A stretch of 64,000 nucleotides of DNA, from NCBI RefSeq assembly GCF_009914755.1, contig NC_060928.1; one strand, written 5' to 3'. Positions 1-11,123 of this stretch are shown piece by piece. The stretch's first letter is position 1, and each line of letters opens with the position of its first letter. Source of the DNA: the human T2T-CHM13v2.0 reference genome, Homo sapiens. A model generated the notes under the pieces. That model was given only the letters and a program-made list of their open reading frames with translations, did not search any database and was not told where the DNA came from. A program made the translations under genes and the position numbers.

Positions 1-441
1 TTGGGTAGAGGAAACATTTGAAGGACAGCAACTAGTGGTTGCAAAACTGAAGATGTGAACTGACAAAGACCATAATTGGAGGGTCCAGGGTGGAACAGGT
101 GTAGTCAGCTACCTAAGAGATTCTGAGAATTGATACAACTTGGTGACTGGGTAAAGGAGATTTGCATACATAACTTAGAATGACTTAAAGATGTTCATTA
201 GGAAAATTGTGATAAACTTCAATGAATAAAGGAATATCAAAAGGAGAACCAGTTTGGATATTTTAAATCTGAGTGATGATGTGTCAAACGTTTGGAAATA
301 TCACAGACAGGCAGAGCAAGTTTTAGTCAAGAGGTCAATCCTAAAAATAAGAATTTGTTAGCAGTTAATTGTCAAATAATCCATGGTGTTCTTCCTTTTT
401 CTTTTTTATTGAGCCAACACAATTTCTCAGTGGGTTATAAA

Positions 442-578
442 TAGAATAACTGTTTTATTTATCATCCAAATTGGGACATTTTTGAGAGTGAAGAAGGAGC
501 TATTAATAATTACACTGAGACAACGTGCATAAAACTAAAGACTGTCCTGAGCAGACCAAGTTGCATGGACCCCAGTTA
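442..578. mobile_element. MER94 (hAT-Blackjack) DNA transposon
   Basis: tttatcatccaaattgggacatttttgagagtgaagaaggagctattaataattacactgagacaac matches the recalled MER94 core. Confidence 0.75.
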
Positions 579-1055
579 AAAATTCCATCTTACTTTTAAA
601 AGATAGAAAGTTGTCAATTTCTTATTTTTATTATAGCTCGTGGTTTCTCAAAAGGGGTCAAGAATTCAGTTAGGGTCACTTTATTTTGATTTGAGACTGG
701 AAAGACTGAGCTCTGGCAAAGGATGCAGTTTTAGACATCTAGAAAACAAAGAGAATGTTAATGAAGTAGCTTATGTCATATAACTCCACTATTACCTACT
801 CATGATGCTCCTGGCATGGTTAATGAAGCATGGAGGTTTTATTCAAGGGGGTGGGTGGGGATCTGAGCTAGTCTGGGTTGACATTGGAATTTCTGATGTC
901 AGGTCCCAGTTGAAGCAGTATTTTACTTGAGCTGTCTCTGATGTCAGGGGGATAGAAAAAATTCCTGGTGAGCAGGAAGAAGAGTGTATAAAGGGTAACG
1001 GGATTTGTGTGTATATATACCATGTGCAGGTACAGAAAGAATTTTCTTTATCCTG

Positions 1056-1253
1056 TAGCTGCAATTTGTTAGGTAGTTATGTTACTGCATGTATAGGTCA
1101 TCAGAATAACAAAATTGATATTAATATAATAAATAGCTGCAATTTGTTAGGCAGTTATGTGAATGTGTGTATAGGTTAACAGACCAACAAAATTGGTATT
1201 AATAACAAAACTGAACAGGATAATAACAAAACTGAACAGGATAACTGAACAGG
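1056..1253 (+). repeat. Nested tandem duplications (78-bp diverged unit x2; 21-bp perfect unit x2 plus a 12-bp partial)
   Basis: tagctgcaatttgttagg starts at 1056 and 1134; taataacaaaactgaacagga at 1200-1220 and 1221-1241. Confidence 0.9.
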
Positions 1254-1311
1254 GGTATCCTGCAGCTCTCAGATTGAAAGGGATTCAAATACAACTCAAA
1301 ATGCTTAACAT

Positions 1312-1608
1312 GGCTGGGCGCAGTGGCTCACCCCTGTAATCTCAGCACTTTGGGAGGCCGAGGTGGATGGATCACCAGGTCAGGAGTTCAAGACCAGCCT
1401 GGCCAAGATGGCGAAACCCTGCCTCTACTAAAAATACAAAAATTAGCCAAGCGTGGTGGCGGGTGCCTGTAATCCCAGCTACTCAGGAGGCTGAGGCAGA
1501 GAATTGCTTGAATCAGGGAGGTGGAGGTTGCAGTGAGCCAAGATCGTGCCACTGTACTTCAGCCTGGGTGACAGAGCGAGACTCCATCTCCAAAAAAAAA
1601 AAAAAAAA
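1312..1608 (+). mobile_element. AluS
   Basis: Full dimer, A tail, TSD-like aaaatgcttaa/aaaaagcttaa. Confidence 0.95.
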
Positions 1609-4600
1609 GCTTAAGAAATCCTCTACCCCACTACCTTTCAGACTAGACATTGTTATCTCCAGTTGTAAAAATGTTAGCAGGGTGTCCTTCATCAAGGAAA
1701 GAAGCCAACTCCGGCAGTGCTAAGTAAATGGAAGGATTATTTTTCCTGTGGCAATGGGCTTTTTTAACTTTACTATTTTATTAAGATTTTTGCCTTGAAC
1801 ATTTGTTGGGCTTTTAAATAATAATACAGTGTGGGTGCTTCACTTTTCTCTTGGTGCAGAGGGAAACAAAATATGTTTTGGTGTCATTTTGTGACCTGAC
1901 CTTTCAAACAGTCAGTGTGCTGGAGATGTTATCTAGGTGTGTGTTATTCCTAGTCTCAGTTATTTTATGTCTCAATAAATTATTATATTATTATGTTTAT
2001 TATAAAACATAATTGCTCCAGCAATTTAGTTTTAAGAAAAATCTGATTCTCCAAAGAAAACTGTCTTATACTCTGCCTTCAGAAAAAAAAAAAAAGGATT
2101 TCCTATATATCCATTAATTTTACTTTTAGAAGAATAGGAGAAGCTGTAATTTACAAATATGGCATTAGAAGCAAGGCATTGGAGTCAGCAATTTCTATGG
2201 TTCTTTGATAAAATGACACCAAAATAGGAGGCTAAGGGAGTTACGAAGTATTGGTATAGAAAATGTGACATTTTACATTTTCGAGTAGGCTAAAGATAAA
2301 ACAAAAACAGGTTTTGATAAAACAAATAATTAAATGCACAATATCTGACCTGCATCGTATCTGTCTACAAGTTAGAAACATTAACCGTGATAGATTCTTC
2401 AAGAGTTGAACACGGACAGAAAAGAAAAGTCCCCCAAATCATCCTTCCAGCAAAATATACACACTTAACTGAGGGATACCGTCAAAAAAAAGGGGGAAAC
2501 AAAAGCTATTCTTCATTCTAACTATAAACCGATCATTATTGGGTGGGATAGGTAGAGAATGAGGACCAATAAAGTACAACATTTGTGTTTTGATATAAAC
2601 TTGCTTTACTTATGCACCACCAGTATGACCTGAATCTTATATCATGGCTACAATTGTTGCTCTTTCTTTTAACAAACCAAATGTCATTAATTGCATTCAA
2701 CTTTGCTTTTTTATAGCCATACTTTTTATCAAAGCTATTTTTCCCTGGTTTGACCATTTTGTAATAACATGTTGTAACATGTTACTACATGTAATGAAAT
2801 GTTACAAAAGGAATTGAAGCCCCCTTTGGACTCTCTCTGGTCGTATTTCTCTCCTTCCCTTCCCCTAAACAGAGATAATTACTATCCTGAGGTTTTCGTG
2901 CATATTTTAATACTTTTACTACATATATATTCATAAATGTAGTATTAACGAGTTTTTAAAATTTTCATAAATGATTTTACACTTCCAGGATTATTTCCCA
3001 GCTTGCTTTTTTATTACTCAGCATTATGCTTTCCAATTTTGCTTGTTACTTCTGCCCTTTTGGTGTTACATTTAAAAATCTGACATTTATAATGCGTTTT
3101 TCATAAAGTAGGAGCTTTTGTCCTATGACACTTAAAGCTTATGGATCCATTTATTTTATATAAATAGTATCAGTACAATCATTGTCATCATCATTGTTTT
3201 TGTGGATTAAGATGGGCAATTTTGGCAACCATAGGAAAAAAACTAAGACACTTATGACGGTCTTATGTACAAACTGATTTCATTGTTCTAAAATTTGTCA
3301 TTTTCATTGTACCATCATTTTATAGGTCATTCATGTCCTCATTCCTTCCATATAGGTTAAGAACTGTCATGTTTTTTTCACTTGAACAGCTTCAGTTAGT
3401 TTTATTATATACTTGTTGGCTTTAGAAATAAGGTAATTGCCAATAATTCTTCAGATATTAAACACTAAATTTGTTTATGATATCAGTGGGAAACAGATCT
3501 CAAATGATTTGATTAAATACCATTCATCTACTGCTTGCACTGTTAAGACTTTTCTGAAAGTTTCCTGTGCTATATTTAAGCACTTTGTTCATAAGAATCC
3601 CACAAAAGAAAAAAAGAGAATAATTTTCTACTAATCTTGAATATATTTCATACTTAAGCCAGAGAAGAAATTTAATAACAAAATGAAAATATAGCCAGGA
3701 AATTACAATGAGGTTCAACAGGAAAAACTGGTGGTTAATAGGCAAGAAGTCAAACTATAAAGTGTAGAACATCTGGATTTGTGCAAATCAAGCAAAAACA
3801 ATTGAGGCCAGAGTAATCACCAGGAAAAGGAGTAAGCAAAGGTGAAGCAAGTGTGATATTTGCACCTATAAATTTTTAACACCAAATTATCTTTTTATAA
3901 TGTACACTAACTAGACATCCTGCTTTGATCTGTGTTAGGTCAAGAACCTCAAAGATGGCTTCTTGGAACTCCTTATGCTGCTGATGAAAAGAAAACACTG
4001 CCAGACAGGTAACTGGTAGAGGCTCCTTGAATCAGAAGCACACACACCTGGACCCAATCTAGAAGGATGGAAAACTTTTTCAAATCAACTGTAGTAACCC
4101 AGCTGACATGTCATAGCAACATGATTGAATGACTCAGGAGTGTCTGTGAAGAACAGGGGATAGGCACCTTGAAGTATCTGATGCTCTGTTGCCATATCAA
4201 AGTTGGATAACTTAGCCAAATCTAACTTCTTTGCCACCAGGAGCAATCTCATCTAAAAGTCTTACTGATTCACATAACCAGAATTGTTCTCAGCATTTAC
4301 CCTAAGGAAATGTTCAAACACCCATGGATAAATGCCACATAAAATTATCTTATCAAATACAGAAATGCCTGTCCTTGGGTTAGGTGGGATGTAGGTGGAA
4401 GTTGGTCACTATGCCATCATACTGGCCATATTTATAAAGATTAATTGACACCAGGACCTGGTGATTTGGTTCTGAAAAAGGGAGCCTGGAGGAATCGTGG
4501 GGAGAGATTTTCAGGGAAACCCAGAGAAATCTTCCTCAAATGAAATGATCCATTATAGGCCTAAGGAAAACTCAACTGGCCATATTTTGTTTACTCTAGC

Positions 4601-5289
4601 AAAGCTTATGATAGGTTTCAATAAATTACCACCTGAATGAAGACTTCTGTCTCCATGAAGGCTGCTTCAGTCAGCCCCCAAAAATAAAGAGAAAAACTGC
4701 AGGCAATTCTTGCAAACAATATTAAAACCCCATCACTTTTTGAAATAGACTGGTTTGAAGAGGTTTCTTTTGTTTGTTTTTTTTTAAGTATGCTGCAGAT
4801 ATGATTTAATTCCCATAATGTTGTCTCAGTTCATGAGTGAACAGTGTATGGCATCTGGAAATTAAGCATAACTGGGTCCCTGGCTACAGTTAAGAGCTAA
4901 CAGGCAACCTTGAGGACTTGAGGGAAAAGAAATTATTCCTAAGCAGTGAAATACACAAAAATTCCTCTTTTTGGTGATTTTCCAAAAGAAAAATTTACTT
5001 CTTCTGAAATGTTTGGTTCTTTCTCTTTCCTTCATTTTCTAAATTGATTACGCTATGGTGGCAAAGGACGGGGAGATGGAGTGGGCGATAGGCCCTTGGG
5101 CCATCACCTCATTGCAGACCATCTAATAGAGGAACTATCTCCTGAGCAAAGAATTTCTATATTTTTGTCATTAGACAATAGTTGAAAATGCATGAATTAT
5201 AGTGTAAGAGCCACTCAAAACTTTCTACAAAAATATATCCTTTATAATAATGAAGTTTTCATTTATGACCAAAATAGAAAATTTCTTAA

Positions 5290-5710
<421 letters not shown>

Positions 5711-5967
5711 TGAAATTCTACAGAATTGTGTAGGAGATTAGATATGAACATGTGTACGTATATTTTAGGAAATGTGTTAAATGCAGAAAAACACAAACAA
5801 TAATAAATGGCCAATATGCAAAATTGAGAGTTGTCCACATGATTATATTTGCTTCATTTGTTCTGAATAACACATCACAAATTTTTTTTCTTCTAAATTG
5901 CCAGTCCACACCAACCAACCTGTACAAATGCTGAAATTTTTTATTTATCCATTTATTCATTCGTTCA

Positions 5968-6180
5968 TTTATTTTTTGAGACAGGGTCTCACTCTGCTAC
6001 CCAGGTTTGAGTGCAGTGGTGCTAAAATGGCTCAATGCAGCCTCAGCCTCCCCTGGCTCAGGTGACCCTCCCACCTCAGCCTCCCAGGTAGCTGGGACTA
6101 CAGGTGCGTGACACCATGCCTGGCTAATTTTTGTACTTTTTGTAGAGATGGGGTTTTGTCATGTTGCCCAGGCTGGTCTT
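5968..6180 (-). mobile_element. AluJ, partial
   Basis: gagacagggtctcactctg...ggctggtctt, AluJ-type diagnostic bases. Confidence 0.9.
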
Positions 6181-6736
6181 ATTTTCTAATAAATCATAGG
6201 AATTTAATAAATAAGACATCTTCTCTGCTTTTGCCCCCCAAAAAGTAAAAAATTGAGTTTATTTTCTTCTAGTATCTCTATAAATATTTTTATATTAAAA
6301 GTATCATTGTGTAGTTAGCCTTTTTACTTCCATGCATTGTTGACTAGCATTCTTTAAGCATAGAGAAATCTCAATATGTTCTTCCAAACACAGAAGCATA
6401 GCATTCCATTATCAATGTTTCCCAAATTCTGGCTTAAAAAAATTAAGATCCACTTTTTAAAACCTTAGACTGCAGATGCTTGGATTTTTCTATATAGTTC
6501 TGGATTTTTAAATTTTATACAAAACATGGCTCTGAAGAAAGTAAAATAACAGAATTTTAAATGAAAGAGAACACAATAATTTGTCAGTCTAAAAAAGATA
6601 AAGTATCACCACTGACTTCTGCATGTGCATTGCAGGATAAAGTAAATGGGGAGTTACTGGCCAACACTGGGAATTTGGATTTTTGACCCGAGAGGAAGGA
6701 GAAATAAAAGTTAAGTCATAAGAATGGTAAAGATTG

Positions 6737-6958
6737 TTTGTGACTAGCTAGGGCAACATAGTGAAACTCCATCTCTACCAAAACAAATATAGAAACTAGC
6801 TGGCCGTGGTGGTACATGCCCATAGTCCCAGCTACATGGGAGGCTAAGTTAGTAGGATCACTTGAGGCTGGAGAGGTTGAGGCTGTAGGGAGCCGTGATT
6901 GTGCCACTGCATTCCAGCCTGGGTGACAGAGTGAAATCTTGTCTCCAAAAAAAAAAAA
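6737..6958 (+). mobile_element. AluJ, 5' truncated
   Basis: gggcaacatagtgaaactcc...gtctccaaaaaa. Confidence 0.9.
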
Positions 6959-7127
6959 GTAAAGATGATAGATTATATATGTATATTTTACCTCAATAAG
7001 TAAATTTCCACTTCTGGCTTTTTTAAAGACTTAAATATAAGAACTTACTCAGCACCAACAACCACCTTTAGTACCCAGACAGTGGTTTCTAAATATTATC
7101 TTCTCTCCACCATAGGAATTAGGGCTC

Positions 7128-7508
7128 TGATATGGTTCAGCTGGGTCCCCACCAAAATCTCAACTTGAATTGTATCTCCCAGAATTCCCACGTGTTGTGG
7201 GAGGGATGGGGGACGGGGGGCGGGTAGGGGGTGGGGAGGGGCGGTAATCGAATCATAGGGGCTGGTCTTTCCCGTGCTATTCTCATGATAGTGAATAAGT
7301 CTTATGAGATCTGATGGGCTTATCAGGGGTTTCCACTTTTGCTTCTTCCTCATTTTTCTCTTGCCTCTACCATGTAAGAAGTGCCTTATACCTCCCGCCA
7401 TGATTCTGAGGTTCCCCAGCCATGTGGAACTGTAAGTCCAATTAAACCTCTTTTTCTTCCCAGTTTCGGGTATGTCTTTTATCAGCAGCATGAAAACGAA
7501 CTAATACA
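7128..7508 (+). mobile_element. THE1A solo LTR (ERVL-MaLR)
   Basis: TGATATGGTT...CTAATACA termini, THE1A-like body, 5-bp TSD GGCTC (7123-7127 and 7509-7513). Confidence 0.92.
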
Positions 7509-7514
7509 GGCTCT

Positions 7515-8425
7515 TTGGAGAAATGGCTGATTCCAGTTCTGGACAAGAAATATACAACATGCCTGGCCTGGTATCTTGTAATTAAAGAAAAAAAAATCAA
7601 ACTATCACCATCAAAAGGAATAGCAATGGACTTAAAACACATCAAAATCATATCTCAAAATCACTGGCATATGAAAAAGTACATATCCATAAGTTTATAA
7701 TGATTCTTAAGAAAACAAATCTTATTGTTTACATGCTAACTAACTTAAAAAAAAAACCTGATGAATATAGACAAAGAATCAAGCATTTATCCTAATCTTT
7801 GCTATAATAACTGTATATACTTCAAGATAACCGAATAGTTGATAAAGGCAAGTTTCTTCTTATAGAAAGCCTCTTCAAATATTACACCTGAATGTAATAA
7901 ACCTTCTAGATCTAACTACAACTTATAAGAAATAGAAGGTACAGAAAAATGCAATCAAGCAAAATCCAGGCCAGAGGAAGCTCTATGGGGTAAACTATCT
8001 GGTTTCTTCAAAGGATGAATCATAAGGAAAAAGAGGAAATCTATAAGCCAAAAGATATCAGTTAATGGAAGTGTAAAGATCTCATTTTGATCTAGGTTCT
8101 TAAACTGTAAAACAGGAATCATTTATGAGACAACTGAAGAAATTTGAAATTTAATAAGAACAAATTATTAATTTAGGTGAGATCATAATACTGTGTTTGC
8201 TTTTAAAGAGTACTTAACCTTTAGCCATGGTATGATTTCAATAAGAATTATTTCAGCCTCTATTATTAATAGTTCCAAATAATTTGGGGATGAGAAACAA
8301 GGTGAGCAAGATTAAACGAAGTAAAATCAGCCAAGTGTTGACAATTGTTTAACCAAGGTAGGGGTTGCAGGGGAGTCATTGTACTTTTTTTCTCCGCTTA
8401 CAAGTGTTAAAATTTAAAATAACAA
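7515..8425 (+). mobile_element. Old L1M (L1MC/ME-type) 3' fragments
   Basis: A-rich diverged sequence with an L1M 3'UTR-like end (gggagtcattgtacttttttctccgctt). Confidence 0.5.
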
Positions 8426-9782
8426 AAGATAAAGGTGCAGGGAATATTGAAAAATCAGTAAAATGGTGAAAGGCTTCATTAGGATAGAGATAAATTCCCC
8501 ACAAATATCAAAATACTTCAGGTGAGGCATACTCTGTCAACCTTAAATGTAAATAAAAATGAAAAGCCTTCTTTATATTATAGAGAATCATGATCTGATA
8601 CAGATTGAACTGGAAGGAGATTTTAGTGACAGATCCAAATCATGAGTACTTCAAACCTAGGGCTTTAGAAATTGCACTGAAATAAAAAGTATATTCAGTA
8701 GTGGTGAGTAAGTGGGTGTTTTAGATGGAGGGATCCAACATTATGGAAAAACACAGATCATAAGAGTTTAATGGAAATACTCTTCCTCAGTCATTTTTAA
8801 TAAGCTTTAAGTAACTAATGAAGCTTTAATGATAACATCCATTTCTGCTTAGAACAGTTAATATATGAAAAAATACAAATGAATATTTATAAATATGAAA
8901 ATTAATAGTTTTGTGTTTCATAGTATATCTACATTTACTCCGCTCCCGTTCCTCCCCAAGCCTAGTTATGAACTTGCTGGTTTTGACAAGCAAAACACAA
9001 ATAGAACAGGTGCCTTTGTTAGCACTCTAGGTAAATCCTGGCACTTGCTTGGACACCAGCTGGGTGCTAATTAGTCTTGTGATTGCCTAGATCACAAAAT
9101 AATACAAGACTGGAAATGCTCCTGAAAGCTTCTGGAGGAATGAGTCTGCACACCAGCTGACAGATGCCCTGAGAGAACAGGCCTTGTCCTGACAGTCTCT
9201 GTGTTGAGTTCTTTCACATTTACAAAGCCAGAGCTGGCTACATAAACACATGTCTGCAAGTCAGTTCGGGGAATGAGGGTGGAGGGTGCTTTTGAAGATG
9301 CAGAGCAAAAGCATTCTCTGGTCTAGCAATACTGACACAGATGTCCAGTGTCTGGTCTATGTCTAAGTGTCATCTTTTGATTAAGTGTTAGGAACAGCAC
9401 ACCCAGGGTATTTGAACCCTGTTCTCCAATAGACTTCAACAGGTTACTTGTGTGCCTTCCCATTTAACCTTTCATCTATATTTAGCCAATAACAATAATG
9501 AATTGCTGTACTGCTTCTCATCCTAACAGATCAATCAGATTACTGCATGACCAATTTGGACAGGACAAGAGATGGCCTGACACCTCTCAAAATATATAAG
9601 GTTGAATACATCATGGCAAATGGTGGCAGTGAAGGCTTTCTTTCTGAACATGACTTTATTTTATGTCCTCATCATATTCAATAATCAAAAATATCAGATT
9701 TAAAATCAAATGCTCAATCATTGCATTCTTTCAGCAAGTGATAAAATGGATACGTTTTATTAGAAAAATGAAAAAAACCTAC

Positions 9783-9914
9783 CTGAAGACTGCAAGGGTC
9801 AGAGACCAGAGCACTAATGGCTTCCTCAGTTCAAACTTTGCTCGTTTATTCATTAGGTGCCGACCACCGAATATAAAGGCAGCATACAGAGCAGAAAACA
9901 GGAAAGATTTCTTC
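9783..9914 (-). CDS. ELOVL6: ELOVL6 (very-long-chain fatty acid elongase 6), internal coding exon (second coding exon), 132 nt, phase 2/2
   Basis: Minus strand reads ttttgtttgcttgtttgcag|G AAG AAA TCT TTC CTG...GCA GTC TTC AG|gtaggt. Translation [43 protein letters not shown] matches recalled human ELOVL6 residues ~31-73. Canonical AG/GT boundaries. Confidence 0.97.
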
Positions 9915-9960
9915 CTGCAAACAAGCAAACAAAATCTTTAAGATATTTTTAGTCATTAGG
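9915..9960 (-). promoter_or_regulatory. 3' splice site: U-rich tract, AG and candidate branch points
   Basis: Minus strand cctaatgactaaaaatatct...gattttgtttgcttgtttgcag; CTAAT/GACTAA motifs about 35-42 nt upstream of the exon. Confidence 0.6.
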
Positions 9961-10360
9961 AAACACCAAATTTTGTACCAGTTCTCCTCTTTGTAAGCAC
10001 TGAAAAAATATTCTTGAGAATATTCCTGCTTCACTGAAGAGGGAGTCTAGTCTACACGGCAAACTAGTGTTCTGTTGAAATCTCCCTTGACAAATCAGGT
10101 CTTCCAGTAGTTTAACCAACATATTAAGTATCATGTCAGGATAGATATATTTCCTTTGTAGGCTCTAGGACTGAAATTTCAACAACATAGCATTGAAGTA
10201 CAAAAAGTAGTCTTTTCACTGAGAGAAATAATTTTATTCTTTAGAGTTTGTTGAGCCAATTTAGATACATACATGAATTTTAAAAAGAAGTGTTTTTATT
10301 GGAACTATTTGGTGACAAGGTTGTGTCTTGGAACAAGATAGCCATTTAAAATTTTATCTT

Positions 10361-10614
10361 GGGTGGGTGTGGTGGCTCACACCTGTTATCCCAGCACTTT
10401 GGGAGGCAGAGGTGGGTGGATCACTTTAGGCCAGGAGTTTGAGACCAGACTGGCCAACATGGTAAAACTCCCTCTCTGTTAAAAATACAAAATTTAGCCA
10501 GGCATGGTGGTGGGCACCTGTAATCTTAGCTACTTGGGAGGCTGAGGCAGAATTGCTTGAAACCAGAAGGCAGAGGTTGCAATGAGCTGAGATTTTTGAG
10601 ACTCCATCTCAAAA
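10361..10614 (+). mobile_element. AluS with internal 3' deletion
   Basis: Alu dimer lacking the gcgccactgcactccagcctggg segment; fused to MER41. Confidence 0.9.
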
Positions 10615-11123
10615 GGCAAAAGAATAAAAGAATGGTTATTCCATAGGCAGCCCTGAGGACTGCTGGCTGGCTACTTTTATGGGTTTTTTAATTACATGCT
10701 AAACGAGGGGTAGATTATTCATGAGTGCTCCGGGGAAAGGGGCGGGGATTTCCCCAGGAACAGAACTGAGGGTTCCTTCCCTTTTTAGACTGTATACTGT
10801 ACCATGGCATTTGTGAACTGTCATGGTGTTGGTGGGAGTGTCTTTTAGCATGCTAATGCATTATAATTAGCATATAATAAGCAGTGAGGATGATCAGAGG
10901 TCACTTGTGTTACCATCTTGGTTTGGGTGGGTTTTGGCCAGCTTCTTAACTATATCCTGTTTTATCAGCAGGGTCTTTGTGACCCGTATCTTGTGCCAAC
11001 CTCCTATGTCATCCTGTGACTAAGAATTCCTTACCTCCTGGGAATGCAGCCCAGTAGGTCTCAGCCTCATTTTACTTAGCCCCTATTCAAGATAAAGTCA
11101 CTCTGGTACAAATGCCTCTGACA
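10615..11123 (-). mobile_element. MER41B-type LTR (ERV1), 3' end missing
   Basis: Reverse complement starts TGTCAGAGGCATTTGTACCAGAGTGACTTTATCTTGAATAGGGGCT and contains the AATTATAATGCATTAGCATGCTAAAAGACACTCCCACC segment. Confidence 0.88.

Noticed and set aside
7096-7491. 131-aa minus-strand ORF
   Set aside because: Antisense reading of the THE1A LTR.
9846-10034. Track ORFs overlapping the exon (minus 9846-10034; plus 9663-9941)
   Set aside because: Wrong frame or antisense shadow of the real ELOVL6 exon.
10720-10775. MER41B as an interferon-inducible STAT1 enhancer
   Set aside because: Both GAS motifs deviate from TTCNNNGAA in this copy.
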